Source: an uncultured Desulfurococcaceae archaeon (lineage in GTDB: Archaea > Thermoproteota > Thermoprotei_A > Sulfolobales > NBVN01). Taken from it: a stretch of DNA of 62,533 bases. The notes below the pieces were generated by a model, which did not search any database, was not told the DNA's origin, and saw only the letters and a program-made list of their open reading frames with translations. Below are positions 27,050 to 35,985 of this stretch, piece after piece; within the stretch, counting starts at the first letter, position 1, and each line of letters opens with the position of its first letter. Both the position numbers and the translations under genes were made by a program. The stretch lies in contig CAZWSU010000048.1 of the NCBI GenBank assembly GCA_964636755.1, forward strand, positions 1 through 62,533, read 5' to 3'.

Positions 27050-28135
27050 TCAACTCGGCATGAAGCGTATCTTGACAAGATCTTTATGTAGGTAAGCGTA
27101 TACAACGTCACCCACGCTGAAGTCATTTACCTTCAAATAGCTCTTACTGATAGGCAACCTTAACTCCTGCGAGCAATTGCTAATTATTAAGCAATAACCT
27201 TCAGGACTTGCCTTAATATCTCTCACTACCCCATGTAACTCCAGTAACTCATTGCTCATGAAACGCTTTTTCGTTAAGAAGATATCGTCAGTTTTGAATA
27301 TTATTAAGACATGCTTGAAGCCTGACTTATCTTGAGTGATGAGAAGGTCTGACATGATGTTTTCCAGGCCTGAAACACACCCACTTCTGAGTTCCTCAGG
27401 GCTTAGAAACACGTAAGATAATCCTAGAACGTCCTTAAACTCGTTGTTTTGAATTAGTAAATCACTTAACTCACGTATTTGGGAATTAATTATTACGAAG
27501 ACTTTATCAGTGTAGAAGTTGATGTCTTCCACGTCGTGCGTGGTCATTAAGACTGTGATATCTAGTTCTGAGATTATTTCACGTAATTCTCTCCTAATGT
27601 TTTGCTTGAATATAGGGTCCACGGACTTAAAGGGCTCATCTAATAACAGAATTTTTGGCTCGTAAGAAATAGCTCTCGCAATAGCTACTCTCTGCTTCAG
27701 TCCTGAACTTAAGGCGTGTGGCTTATAATTCCTGTAATTACCTAATTCAAATAATGTAATCAAGTAATCAACCCTGTTTTTTATGACTTGACGAGACCAC
27801 CCCCTAGCCTTCAACGGGAGGGCTATATTTTCTTCAACCGTTAAGTGTGGATAGAGTGCGTAATCCTCCGGAACCAAGCCCACAAGTCTTTCCGCGGGCG
27901 GTACGTAAACCTCTACCTTCCCGTTAGCCATACCCCTGAATACTACTTCATCATCAATCATTATCTCACCTTCATCAGGGTTTAAGATCCCGGCAATTAT
28001 GTTAAGTAATGTGGTCTTGCCAACCCCGTTCGGACCTAGTAACAAGGCTGAATCTCTTCTCGAGAGTTCTAAGCTAACTCTATCTAGAATTACTCGTGTA
28101 CCGAAAGACTTTGTGAGACTTGATACTTTAAGCAA
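27050..28135 (-). CDS. ABC transporter ATP-binding protein of a molybdate/tungstate-type importer, with C-terminal regulatory (TOBE-like) extension
   Basis: Walker A GPNGVGKTT, signature LSSGLKQRVAIARAI, Walker B LLLDEPF, and a ~130-aa C-terminal extension. It overlaps the permease gene by 8 nt. Confidence 0.75.
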   Translation of the reverse strand: MLKVSSLTKSFGTRVILDRVSLELSRRDSALLLGPNGVGKTTLLNIIAGILNPDEGEIMIDDEVVFRGMANGKVEVYVPPAERLVGLVPEDYALYPHLTVEENIALPLKARGWSRQVIKNRVDYLITLFELGNYRNYKPHALSSGLKQRVAIARAISYEPKILLLDEPFKSVDPIFKQNIRRELREIISELDITVLMTTHDVEDINFYTDKVFVIINSQIRELSDLLIQNNEFKDVLGLSYVFLSPEELRSGCVSGLENIMSDLLITQDKSGFKHVLIIFKTDDIFLTKKRFMSNELLELHGVVRDIKASPEGYCLIISNCSQELRLPISKSYLKVNDFSVGDVVYAYLHKDLVKIRFMPS

Positions 28136-28928
28136 CTACTTTCTCACCTTCCCACGACTGAATAATTAGAAGTAACGTAGCTGAAGCAAGCAACGATGCT
28201 AGTATTATGGATGATGTAAGCCAGAGATCCCCGGAGTTAAACGCTAGGTAAAGAGCTATCGGAATAGTTTCAGTTTTGAATCTAGTTGCGCCGGCAAGCA
28301 TTACTGAAGCACCGAACTCCCCTAAAGCCCTACTGAATAGTAACGCGTAAGTTGATATAAGAGGATTCCTAATCATGGGTAAGATTACCTTAAGCAGGGC
28401 TTGCAACCTATTAAATCCTAGAACGAGTGCTAAGTTCTCGTAACTAGGGTTTAAGGAACTGAAAACACTAGCTAAAACCCTGATGCTAATAGGTAGTATT
28501 ACGGCGAACTGAGCGATGACCAAGCCCTTCACATCAAAGACCACACTTAAATAGTTATTTATGAGCACGCCTAGAGGAGACTTCGTAAAAAAGATGAAAA
28601 GAAGAATGCCTAAGGCTACCGGAGGTAAAGCTAAGGGTAACAGAAGCAATGTCTGAACAAGCTTCTTACCTCTGAATTCACGTCTAGCTAAGTAGTATGA
28701 GATAGGTATTGAGATTATTAGAGCGAGCGATGATGAAGCTCCAGCAGTCCCTATCGAGAGAGTCAAAGCATAGAGTAACTCACTAAAGTTCACTTCACCG
28801 GAGTACATTACGGTAAGACTCCAGGTTATGGAGGAACCGAACACGTACACCAATAAGATGACCGTGATTACCGTGAGACCCCCGAATAATGTGTTGATAG
28901 AGTCTCTTACCTCACGATACCTAAGCAT
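28128..28928 (-). CDS. ABC transporter permease, ModB/WtpB (CysTW) family
   Basis: EAA-loop region SRALGEFGASVMLAGATR closely resembles the ModB consensus RALGEFGATLM.AGN. Length is 266 aa, about 6 TM. Confidence 0.8.
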   Translation of the reverse strand: MLRYREVRDSINTLFGGLTVITVILLVYVFGSSITWSLTVMYSGEVNFSELLYALTLSIGTAGASSSLALIISIPISYYLARREFRGKKLVQTLLLLPLALPPVALGILLFIFFTKSPLGVLINNYLSVVFDVKGLVIAQFAVILPISIRVLASVFSSLNPSYENLALVLGFNRLQALLKVILPMIRNPLISTYALLFSRALGEFGASVMLAGATRFKTETIPIALYLAFNSGDLWLTSSIILASLLASATLLLIIQSWEGEKVVA

Positions 28929-29773
28929 ATTTCAGGCACCTTATCAGCTAAGTCATATGTTCTTAGTTCCTCGATTGACGTTATGTAGCCTATGTCCTTC
29001 CAAACATCATCTCTCTTTAAAGACTCAATTACGAAATCAACGAATTTCTTAGATAGTTCTGTATTGCTTGTATTTTTAGCTATTCCTATTAACTGGCAAG
29101 CGACTTCAGGAACTTCCTGTGGTTGTAACCATATGATCTCGGTCTCGTTAGGATACCAATAATGCATAACGTGAAAACCTATCGCCGCATCCACGGCTCC
29201 CAGAGCTACTAAAGAAGCCAACTTACTTATGCTTTCAGCGTACACAACTATGTTGTTTTTGACTTCCTCGTAAATGCCCGTATTGATTAATACAGTTATA
29301 GCATACCTTCCTGCAGGAGATACTTCAGGGTTTGCTATAGCTATCTTGAGGTTGGGTTTGGTTAAGTCTTTAAGGTTCGTTATGTTAGCTGGGTTATTCC
29401 TAGGAACTATTATCGCAGGTATTAAATACGTGAGCACCCTAACAGAATCACCAATTACTAAGCCCTCCTCAACCGCTTGTTGCATGAACTCGTGGTCAGC
29501 CGTCACCAAAACATCCCCCCTACCGCTTAACCTCAACTTATTGATTAGAGAACCCGTAGGCTCGTAAGAAGTCTTAACCAATACCCCATACCTCTCCGTA
29601 AACTCACTTATTATAAGGTCTAGAGGTTTCTGAAGAACAGGAGGTGCTAGAATGAAGAGCTCTTCTAACTCACCAGTTCTTAAGTTATTAGTGATTAAAA
29701 CATAGATGGTTGAGGCAAGCAATAATAGCGTCAACACCGCAATCAACCTTGCATTGATCATGGTTTTCGCCAC
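28907..29773 (-). CDS. Molybdate/tungstate-binding protein (ModA/WtpA family), TM-anchored
   Basis: An N-terminal TM anchor followed by a PBP2 fold (LFILAPPVL...SPAGRYA...). It is the first gene of the operon and is divergent from a tungstoenzyme-type AOR gene. Confidence 0.7.
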   Translation of the reverse strand: MAKTMINARLIAVLTLLLLASTIYVLITNNLRTGELEELFILAPPVLQKPLDLIISEFTERYGVLVKTSYEPTGSLINKLRLSGRGDVLVTADHEFMQQAVEEGLVIGDSVRVLTYLIPAIIVPRNNPANITNLKDLTKPNLKIAIANPEVSPAGRYAITVLINTGIYEEVKNNIVVYAESISKLASLVALGAVDAAIGFHVMHYWYPNETEIIWLQPQEVPEVACQLIGIAKNTSNTELSKKFVDFVIESLKRDDVWKDIGYITSIEELRTYDLADKVPEICLGIVR

Positions 29774-29826
29774 TCACATCACCGTAAACTAGTTGATTTC
29801 ATATTCTTATAAGTTTTGGTTTTGTT

Positions 29827-29846
29827 TGTAAATAAATTTATTTACA
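29827..29846. promoter_or_regulatory. Perfect 20-bp palindrome TGTAAATAAA|TTTATTTACA in the divergent transporter/AOR intergenic region
   Basis: Read directly from the sequence. It sits near the centre of the 140-nt divergent spacer, upstream of both nearer TATA-like boxes (29802-29814 and 29887-29900). Confidence 0.4.
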
Positions 29847-29913
29847 TTAGGACAAAAGAATATGTTATTTAATTATTATTACTGTGTATCTATATTAGAT
29901 ATTGGTGGTGTGA

Positions 29914-30342
29914 TTGAGCGCCGTTCCTGAAACCAAGCTTAAGAGGCTCGTCGTTGTTGATCCTGATCTTTGCGTTGGCTGTATGTCATGCATGTTTGCT
30001 TGCTCGCGCAGGTATGTTGACGCGGGGCTGGGTTACACAGCGATTCACGTGAGGAGTGTGGGTGGTGTTGAGAGAGGGTTCTCAGTCATAGTTTGTAGAG
30101 CTTGTAAGGACCCGTCGTGTGCTAAGGTGTGTCCTACTAAAGCTCTTCTCTTGAGGAGAGGTGGTGGCGTCATACTGAATCCTAATCTGTGCATTGGGTG
30201 CGGTAATTGCAGGATTGCGTGTCCTTTCGGAGCTGTTCAGTGGAATGTCTACTTAAATAAGCCGGTCATATGCACTTACTGTGGTTACTGTGTTGATTTC
30301 TGTCCTTACGGGGTTCTAGCACTTGAGGAGGTTGATTCTTGA
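29914..30342 (+). CDS. 4Fe-4S polyferredoxin-type electron-transfer subunit
   Basis: Four Cys clusters: CVGCMSCMFAC, CRACKDPSCAKVCP, CIGCGNCRIACP and CTYCGYCVDFCP. It has a TTG start preceded by GGTGGTG, and its stop overlaps the aor start (TGATG). Confidence 0.85.
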   Translation: MSAVPETKLKRLVVVDPDLCVGCMSCMFACSRRYVDAGLGYTAIHVRSVGGVERGFSVIVCRACKDPSCAKVCPTKALLLRRGGGVILNPNLCIGCGNCRIACPFGAVQWNVYLNKPVICTYCGYCVDFCPYGVLALEEVDS

Positions 30343-32120
30343 TGAGTGCACGCGCAGTAATTGACGAAGCCTTGAGTAAGGTGCTCTACATAGACCTAAC
30401 CAGAAAGATTTTCTGGGTTAAGAGCAGGCCTGAGTTATTTACTAAGTACTTAGGAGGGACCGGAGTCGCTACACAGCTACTTAAGGAAGAGTTAAATCCT
30501 GAGATAGATCCTCTCAGTCCCGAAAACGTTGTCGTGCTGGCCGTAGGGATCTTCACGGGGGTTTACCCCACTGCTTCCAAGATTGTGGCAATGTTTAAGT
30601 CTCCCCTGACAGGTAATTTAGGCGAGTCTCACGCCGGGGGGAGAGCCCCGGTAGCTATGAGGATGGCCGGCTTCGGTGCGATAGTTATAAAAGGAGGTAG
30701 TGAGACCCCTGTGTACTTATCGATTCATGACGGTAAGGTAGAGTTCAAGGACGCTAGCGCTTTATGGGGTGTGAGGAGTTCTCTCACCATAGGTAAGGTT
30801 TTGAGGGAGAGGGAGCCGTGGCCTGGGTTAAGGTCTATAATGAGGATTGGTAAAGCGGGGGAGATGCTCGTTAGGTACGCGTCAGTCATTCTTGAGACGT
30901 ATAGACATTTCGGTAGGTTAGGGTTAGGGGCTGTCTGGGGAGCTAAGAAACTTAAGGCGATAGTGATAGGCGGGAAGAGAGATATCCCGGTAGCCGACAT
31001 ATCTAATTATAGGAGGGTCTACAAGGAATTATTCGATGAGATTACCAGGAGTCCGGCGATGCAGAAATATCATGACTTAGGAACTCCAGTCAACGTACTG
31101 CCTCTCAACAAGATAGGGGGGCTGCCTACAAGAAACTTAACGTCCAACGTTTTCGAAGGTGCTGATGAAATAAGTGGTGAGGCTTTCGCTGAGTACTCAC
31201 TAGCTAGGAGGGTTGCTTGTGCTCACTGCCCGGTAGCTTGTATTCACATAGCGGTCATAAGGGAGAGATACCCGCATGAGAAATACTTCTATACCACCAG
31301 GTATATAGGATACGATTACGAACCTATATACGCTCTCGGCACTATGCTAGGAATTAAAGATAGGGAGGGCTTACTTAGACTCATAGAGGAGGTTGATGTA
31401 GTGGGTCTTGACGCTATGAGTACTGGGGTCGCGCTGGCCTGGACTACCGAAGCTTTCAAGAAAGGATTGATTAGCGAGAAAGACACGATAGTAAGGCCTG
31501 AGTGGGGTGATTGGAAGACATACATAGAGATGGTTAAATACTTAGTTACGCAACCAAATAACTTCTACAAGACGTTAGCTATGGGCCTCAAGAAAGCTTC
31601 GGAAGTTTATGGTGGTTCGGAGTTCGCGCTAGTGTTCGGAGGTAATGAGATGCCCGGCTATCATACAGGGCCTGGAGCACACATAGGGTATTTAATAGGG
31701 CTTAGGCACAGCCACCTAGACAACGCCGGATACTCAATAGACCAGAAATACGTTGGCAAAGAATACCCTCAACCAAGAAAGTTAATAGATGAGTTAATTG
31801 AAGAAGAGGCGTGGAGGCAGGTCCTCTCCTCCCTAGTCGTGTGCTTCTTCTCAAGAGGCGTTTACAAGCCTTCCACGGTTTCAAGAGCTCTGGAACCACT
31901 CGGATTAAAGATGAGTGAGGAAGAGCTAAGGAAACTTGGTCTCGAGATCTACAAAGAGAAACTCAAACTTAAACTAAGGCTGGGTTATAGTCCAGAAGAC
32001 CTCAAACCACCTAAGAGAATCTTCGAAACCCCATCACCCTTCGGCAACATAAGTGAAGACTACGTGAAGGAAGCTCTCAACTACTACAAAGAAAAAATAT
32101 TAAACCTTTTAAGCACTTAA
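30342..32120 (+). CDS. aor: Aldehyde:ferredoxin oxidoreductase family tungstopterin enzyme
   Basis: N-terminus YLGGTGVATQLL, cluster ligands CAHCPVAC (CxxCxxxC), and the pterin-binding-type motif GLDAMSTG. About 592 aa. Confidence 0.85.
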   Translation: MSARAVIDEALSKVLYIDLTRKIFWVKSRPELFTKYLGGTGVATQLLKEELNPEIDPLSPENVVVLAVGIFTGVYPTASKIVAMFKSPLTGNLGESHAGGRAPVAMRMAGFGAIVIKGGSETPVYLSIHDGKVEFKDASALWGVRSSLTIGKVLREREPWPGLRSIMRIGKAGEMLVRYASVILETYRHFGRLGLGAVWGAKKLKAIVIGGKRDIPVADISNYRRVYKELFDEITRSPAMQKYHDLGTPVNVLPLNKIGGLPTRNLTSNVFEGADEISGEAFAEYSLARRVACAHCPVACIHIAVIRERYPHEKYFYTTRYIGYDYEPIYALGTMLGIKDREGLLRLIEEVDVVGLDAMSTGVALAWTTEAFKKGLISEKDTIVRPEWGDWKTYIEMVKYLVTQPNNFYKTLAMGLKKASEVYGGSEFALVFGGNEMPGYHTGPGAHIGYLIGLRHSHLDNAGYSIDQKYVGKEYPQPRKLIDELIEEEAWRQVLSSLVVCFFSRGVYKPSTVSRALEPLGLKMSEEELRKLGLEIYKEKLKLKLRLGYSPEDLKPPKRIFETPSPFGNISEDYVKEALNYYKEKILNLLST

Positions 32121-32200
32121 TTAAATACTCATCATTAAAAACAAAAATTCGAAAGCCTTATTAGGTTTAATAACAATTAAATACACGAGGTGTTATCATA

Positions 32201-32620
32201 GTGAGCGAAAGACCTACTGCGGCATTCGTCCTATCGTTAATTAGCGGAATATTAATTCTCTTAACAGGTATATTGATGCTTGTTGCCGCCGGTCTTATAG
32301 GTTCAGTAAGTGAAGGACTCATACCTGGGATGCCTTATCCGCTAGAACTATTAGGATCCTTAATTATGGTTATCGGCGTTATCGGCTTGATTTTTGGGAT
32401 CATAGTATTGGTTGGTGCTTCTATGATCTACTCAGGAGAACCTAGTAAGGTAAGAATAGGTTCTATCTTGGTTTTAATCTTCTCGATATTAAGTCTCTTC
32501 ATAGTGGGTGGCGGGTTTTTCATAGGCTTCATACTAGGGTTGATCGGGGGAATACTTGGACTTACTTGGAAGCCTCCAATAAAGCAAGAAACTCCTACGT
32601 CAGGTTTTCAGCAAGTATAG
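32201..32620 (+). CDS. Hypothetical 4-TM membrane protein
   Basis: 139 aa with four Gly/Ile-rich hydrophobic helices and a GTG start preceded by GAGGTG. Confidence 0.5.
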   Translation: MSERPTAAFVLSLISGILILLTGILMLVAAGLIGSVSEGLIPGMPYPLELLGSLIMVIGVIGLIFGIIVLVGASMIYSGEPSKVRIGSILVLIFSILSLFIVGGGFFIGFILGLIGGILGLTWKPPIKQETPTSGFQQV

Positions 32621-32641
32621 CTTAGTTTTAGCTCAGAGGGA

Positions 32642-33010
32642 TTAAAAGTTTTTCTCGTAAACGTTTTCCCAATACTCTACTATGTCATAGCCGTATAACT
32701 TCTTAAACAGTTCCCTACCTTCGGGAGTCATCTTATTAGGGTTCCATGGAGGATCGAAAGTTAACTCTACCGTAACGTCCTTCACGCCATCAACACCTCT
32801 TATAACGTCTTCTACGTTGATCGTTAAGGTATTCGCTAGGGGGCATCCAGGCGCTGTCAGCGTCATCAAGACATAAACGTTCCCCTCATCATCGACTCTC
32901 ACGTCATACACGAGCCCCAAATCCCATATGTTGATAGGTATTTCCGGGTCGTAAACGTTCTTTAAAGCTTCAATTATTTTCTCCCTTAACTCGCTACTCA
33001 CGTCTACCAC
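32642..33010 (-). CDS. DUF59/MIP18-family Fe-S assembly protein (SufT/PaaD-like)
   Basis: VYDPEIPINIWDLGLVY followed by LTAPGCPLA, the canonical DUF59 core. Confidence 0.75.
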   Translation of the reverse strand: MVDVSSELREKIIEALKNVYDPEIPINIWDLGLVYDVRVDDEGNVYVLMTLTAPGCPLANTLTINVEDVIRGVDGVKDVTVELTFDPPWNPNKMTPEGRELFKKLYGYDIVEYWENVYEKNF

Positions 33011-33293
33011 CCTTACTTATACGTTAACAGAGTTAAAATATTGGGCTCTGGCTTTTATATCGATTTGTATGGTCTTGAGATAGTTACTTCGTTCCCCTCC
33101 TTCATCTCTTCTTAGGCTTGCACCTGCTCGGGGTGTTCGTGGCTACCTCAGGGAATCCTGCATCTTGAGCGTTTAGATAGGGAATTCGTCTAAAGGACGA
33201 GGCCTTTAGTTGTAATAATAAATAGAACCTGAAACAGTCTGTCTCAGCTGTTTTAAGTTATAAATCGGTAAATCGTGTAGTATTTGGTGTATT

Positions 33294-33695
33294 ATGTTGA
33301 TTAGGGTTGGTATGTTTGACTTTGCTAGCAGGTATGTTGTTCCAGCTATTAAGCAGAGGATAGTGAAGATACTGTATTTTGAGTATGGTTATAATCAATT
33401 AAAGATTTCTGAGTTGCTAGGTATTTCACAATCTTCTATCTCTAAATATGTTTCAAGACGTAAGAAGCTAGATATTGATTTAGGTAGTATACAGTTCGCT
33501 GAGTCTAGGATTAGAGGCATCATCAACGAGATCGAGAAGAAGTCTTTGGAAGGTGAGAGTTTAGAGTTAGCTATCAGTAAGTTAGCTGTGGAGCTGCTTC
33601 GTGGAGGTTACTTGTGTGGGTATCATTCGTTAGTGGATGAGGGGCTCAAGACAGGCACGTGTAAGATATGTTCAGAGCTCTTTAAGGAGGTTTGA
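33294..33695 (+). CDS. HTH transcriptional regulator with C-terminal Cys/His cluster
   Basis: HTH segment LKISELLGISQSSISKYVSRR and a C-terminal CGYHSLVDEGLKTGTCKIC. The next gene starts 1 nt after its stop. Confidence 0.55.
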   Translation: MLIRVGMFDFASRYVVPAIKQRIVKILYFEYGYNQLKISELLGISQSSISKYVSRRKKLDIDLGSIQFAESRIRGIINEIEKKSLEGESLELAISKLAVELLRGGYLCGYHSLVDEGLKTGTCKICSELFKEV

Positions 33696-33696
33696 G

Positions 33697-34245
33697 GTGG
33701 TTAGGTTGTCCTTGAGTAAGTACGTAGCTCGAATTATGCATCCAAGGCCTGTGTCAGTCATCGTGAGTAGGTCAAGAACCGGGGAAGTCAACGGTTGTAG
33801 CGTGTCGTGGTTTATGCCAGTGAACGTAGACCCCTTCATCTTCTCCGTGTCTTTAAGTCCTAGGAGATTGACGTACAGCTACATCAAAGAAACTAGAGAA
33901 ATAACTCTGAACATAATGCCGTTTAAGTTTGTTGAGGAGGTTCATCGCGTAGGCAGTATTTCTGGCAGGGAATTAAAGAATAAGTTGATTGAGCTAGGTT
34001 TTGAGCTTGAGGAATCTTCTGTGGTGAAGGTACCACACATTAAAGGAGCTTTAGCGTACGTCGAGGGAGTGCTAATCAATGAGTTACCGTTCGAAGACCA
34101 CTCCTTAATGGTTTTTAAGAGTCTTAAAGTTCACATAGACGAAAAATACTTCAAGGAAAACGTCTTCACGGAAGAGGCCGAGATATTGCTTCACGTAGGA
34201 GGAAACATATACGCTAAACCCAGTAATTACGTCAGGGTGGGCTAA
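33697..34245 (+). CDS. Flavin reductase-like (FMN-binding split-barrel) protein
   Basis: RPVSVIVSRSRTGEVNGCSVSWFMPVNVDPFIFSVSL resembles the Flavin_Reduct domain. Start is GTG 33697 (or ATG 33736). The track ORF start at 33637 overlaps the upstream gene. Confidence 0.65.
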   Translation: MVRLSLSKYVARIMHPRPVSVIVSRSRTGEVNGCSVSWFMPVNVDPFIFSVSLSPRRLTYSYIKETREITLNIMPFKFVEEVHRVGSISGRELKNKLIELGFELEESSVVKVPHIKGALAYVEGVLINELPFEDHSLMVFKSLKVHIDEKYFKENVFTEEAEILLHVGGNIYAKPSNYVRVG

Positions 34246-34265
34246 GACCCAGCCATCTCGTCTAG

Positions 34266-34859
34266 CTACGTTAGAGCGGGCACGATAATAGGTATTAAGA
34301 GAGTTAGGAAAGCCCCGTGAACGAAGGCTAAAACCCCTGCTTCAGGACCTCCTACAGACGTTATTACCGGTAGCGTCGTGTCCATGGTCGTGGCGCCTCC
34401 TAAGCTGATCGAAGAATATTTCAGTTTCTTGCCTAGCAGTGGGTACGTGATGTAAGTGTAGACCTCGCGTAAAACGTTAGATAAGTACCCAAGAAACCCG
34501 AGGTACGGGTCTATACCAGTCAGGTAAGTCCCGGTAAAACTATACCAGCCCATACCAGCGGAAATAGCTAGCGAGTACTTTAAGGATGGCTCACCAAGCA
34601 AGAAATAGGTTACTACGCCACCAACTAAAGAACCAGTGATAGTGGCTAAGATTAGCTTAAGTCCCTGAAAGATTCTCTTCCTACTCGTTGAAATAATCTT
34701 ATCAACTTCTAAACCCATGGAAACCCCTACTCCAAATATTAAGCATAGTAGAACAACCCATAGGAATTCCTCGCTCACTTTGATGTTCGTGGCTAAACCA
34801 GTCAACGATCCTACTACGAAGAATAAGGTAAGGGTTGAAGCCCCGAATTTTTCGATCAT
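34266..34859 (-). CDS. LysO/YbjE-family (DUF340) exporter, C-terminal-half protein
   Basis: ISAGMGWYSFTGTYLTG...ISLGGATTMDTTLPVITSVGG...FVHGAFLTLLIPIIVP aligns by eye with E. coli YbjE ASGFGWYSLSGILLT...GLCGATSMDFTLPVLQRTGG...IVHGFILSLLVPILI. Confidence 0.75.
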   Translation of the reverse strand: MIEKFGASTLTLFFVVGSLTGLATNIKVSEEFLWVVLLCLIFGVGVSMGLEVDKIISTSRKRIFQGLKLILATITGSLVGGVVTYFLLGEPSLKYSLAISAGMGWYSFTGTYLTGIDPYLGFLGYLSNVLREVYTYITYPLLGKKLKYSSISLGGATTMDTTLPVITSVGGPEAGVLAFVHGAFLTLLIPIIVPALT

Positions 34860-34864
34860 GACAG

Positions 34865-35191
34865 CTAACCTCTCAACACTAAGTACGAGATCATAAAACT
34901 AAGTAGGGTAGGTATTGCTGAGAACGCTAGCAGAGCTAAAACAACGTGCTGCCCTCTTGACAGTATGTCCGGCAGAACCTGTGAGATCCCCAATCCAATA
35001 AGGAATACTAAAGCGTAGGTTAAGAAAAGCGTTAGCTTCCCCACAAAGCTCGTGAACCGCTGATGCCTCCTCTTAGAACTAAGTGTCTTGTTGAGAACCA
35101 GGCCTACGAGCATCCCAGCAACAAGTGCTATGACGACCTCCAAACAGACCCCCAACATTATGGTTAAGGACTTGCTTAAAACATAATTCAC
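34865..35191 (-). CDS. LysO/YbjE-family (DUF340) exporter, N-terminal-part protein
   Basis: 108 aa, 3-4 TM. Its stop lies 5 nt before the start of the larger DUF340 gene, and it corresponds to the N-terminal third of single-chain YbjE. Confidence 0.55.
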   Translation of the reverse strand: MNYVLSKSLTIMLGVCLEVVIALVAGMLVGLVLNKTLSSKRRHQRFTSFVGKLTLFLTYALVFLIGLGISQVLPDILSRGQHVVLALLAFSAIPTLLSFMISYLVLRG

Positions 35192-35247
35192 GTTAGCTGA
35201 TAATTAATTTTAATATTAATTATTCTTGTTAAGGGTAGGGCAGGAAA

Positions 35248-35985
35248 GTGGGTGGTGATGCCGCGAATATAATAATGCAATTAGTTGATGTGTGGAAGGC
35301 TTACAGAGTGGGCGATATAGTTACCTGGGCTTTGAGGGGGGTTAACTTAAGTATATTGAGGGGTGAATTCATAGCTATAATGGGTCCTTCAGGCTCCGGC
35401 AAGACCACGCTACTAAATATTATAGGCTTGCTGGACAGGCCTACTAAAGGTAAAGTATATATAGACGGTGTTGACGTGTCAGCACTGTCCTCAGACTCTC
35501 TAGCGAGGCTTAGAAATAAGAAAATCGGTTTCGTCTTCCAGCAATTCAACTTAGTTGCCCGCATGTCAGTTTATGAGAACATTGAACTACCCCTCATACC
35601 TGCTGGAATACCCCCGCGCTTGAGGCGTGAAATGGTTTTAAAAGCTCTTAAAGCGGCTGGCGGTGAGGAAGAATGGCTTACTAAGAAACCAACCCAGTTA
35701 TCAGGAGGACAACAACAAAGAGTAGCTATAGCGAGGGCCTTAGTGAACAACCCTGAGATAATACTAGCGGACGAACCCACGGGGAACCTCGACAGAGCGT
35801 CGGCTAGAACGGTCGTAGAAACCTTCACGAAATTAAACTCCGGAGGCCAAACCATCGTGGTAGTAACGCACGACCCTGAAGTAGCCAACTGCTCTAACAA
35901 AATATATCTGATAAGAGATGGGGTCATCAAAGACATGAGATCGCCTTCTAAGAGTGAATGCCTCTTAAGCAAAGAGATTAAGTAG
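35248..35985 (+). CDS. MacB/LolD/FtsE-type ABC transporter ATP-binding protein
   Basis: GPSGSGKTT, LSGGQQQRVAIARAL and ILADEPTGNLD. The probable true start is ATG 35275. Confidence 0.85.
   Translation: MGGDAANIIMQLVDVWKAYRVGDIVTWALRGVNLSILRGEFIAIMGPSGSGKTTLLNIIGLLDRPTKGKVYIDGVDVSALSSDSLARLRNKKIGFVFQQFNLVARMSVYENIELPLIPAGIPPRLRREMVLKALKAAGGEEEWLTKKPTQLSGGQQQRVAIARALVNNPEIILADEPTGNLDRASARTVVETFTKLNSGGQTIVVVTHDPEVANCSNKIYLIRDGVIKDMRSPSKSECLLSKEIK

Noticed and set aside
33011-33293. A possible ncRNA in the 283-nt intergenic region: a GC-richer stretch at 33100-33180, a hairpin CTAAAGG/CCTTTAG at 33190-33209, and AAACAG/CTGTTT near 33232-33253.
   Set aside because: It has no tRNA-like arms, no C/D or H/ACA boxes, and only short stems. 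This is insufficient to call an RNA gene from sequence alone, and it may simply be promoter or terminator DNA for the divergent neighbours.
35301-35972. Minus-strand ORFs 35301..35564 and 35571..35972 inside the MacB-type ATPase gene.
   Set aside because: They are antisense to an ABC ATPase with complete Walker A, signature and Walker B motifs, so they are shadow ORFs.
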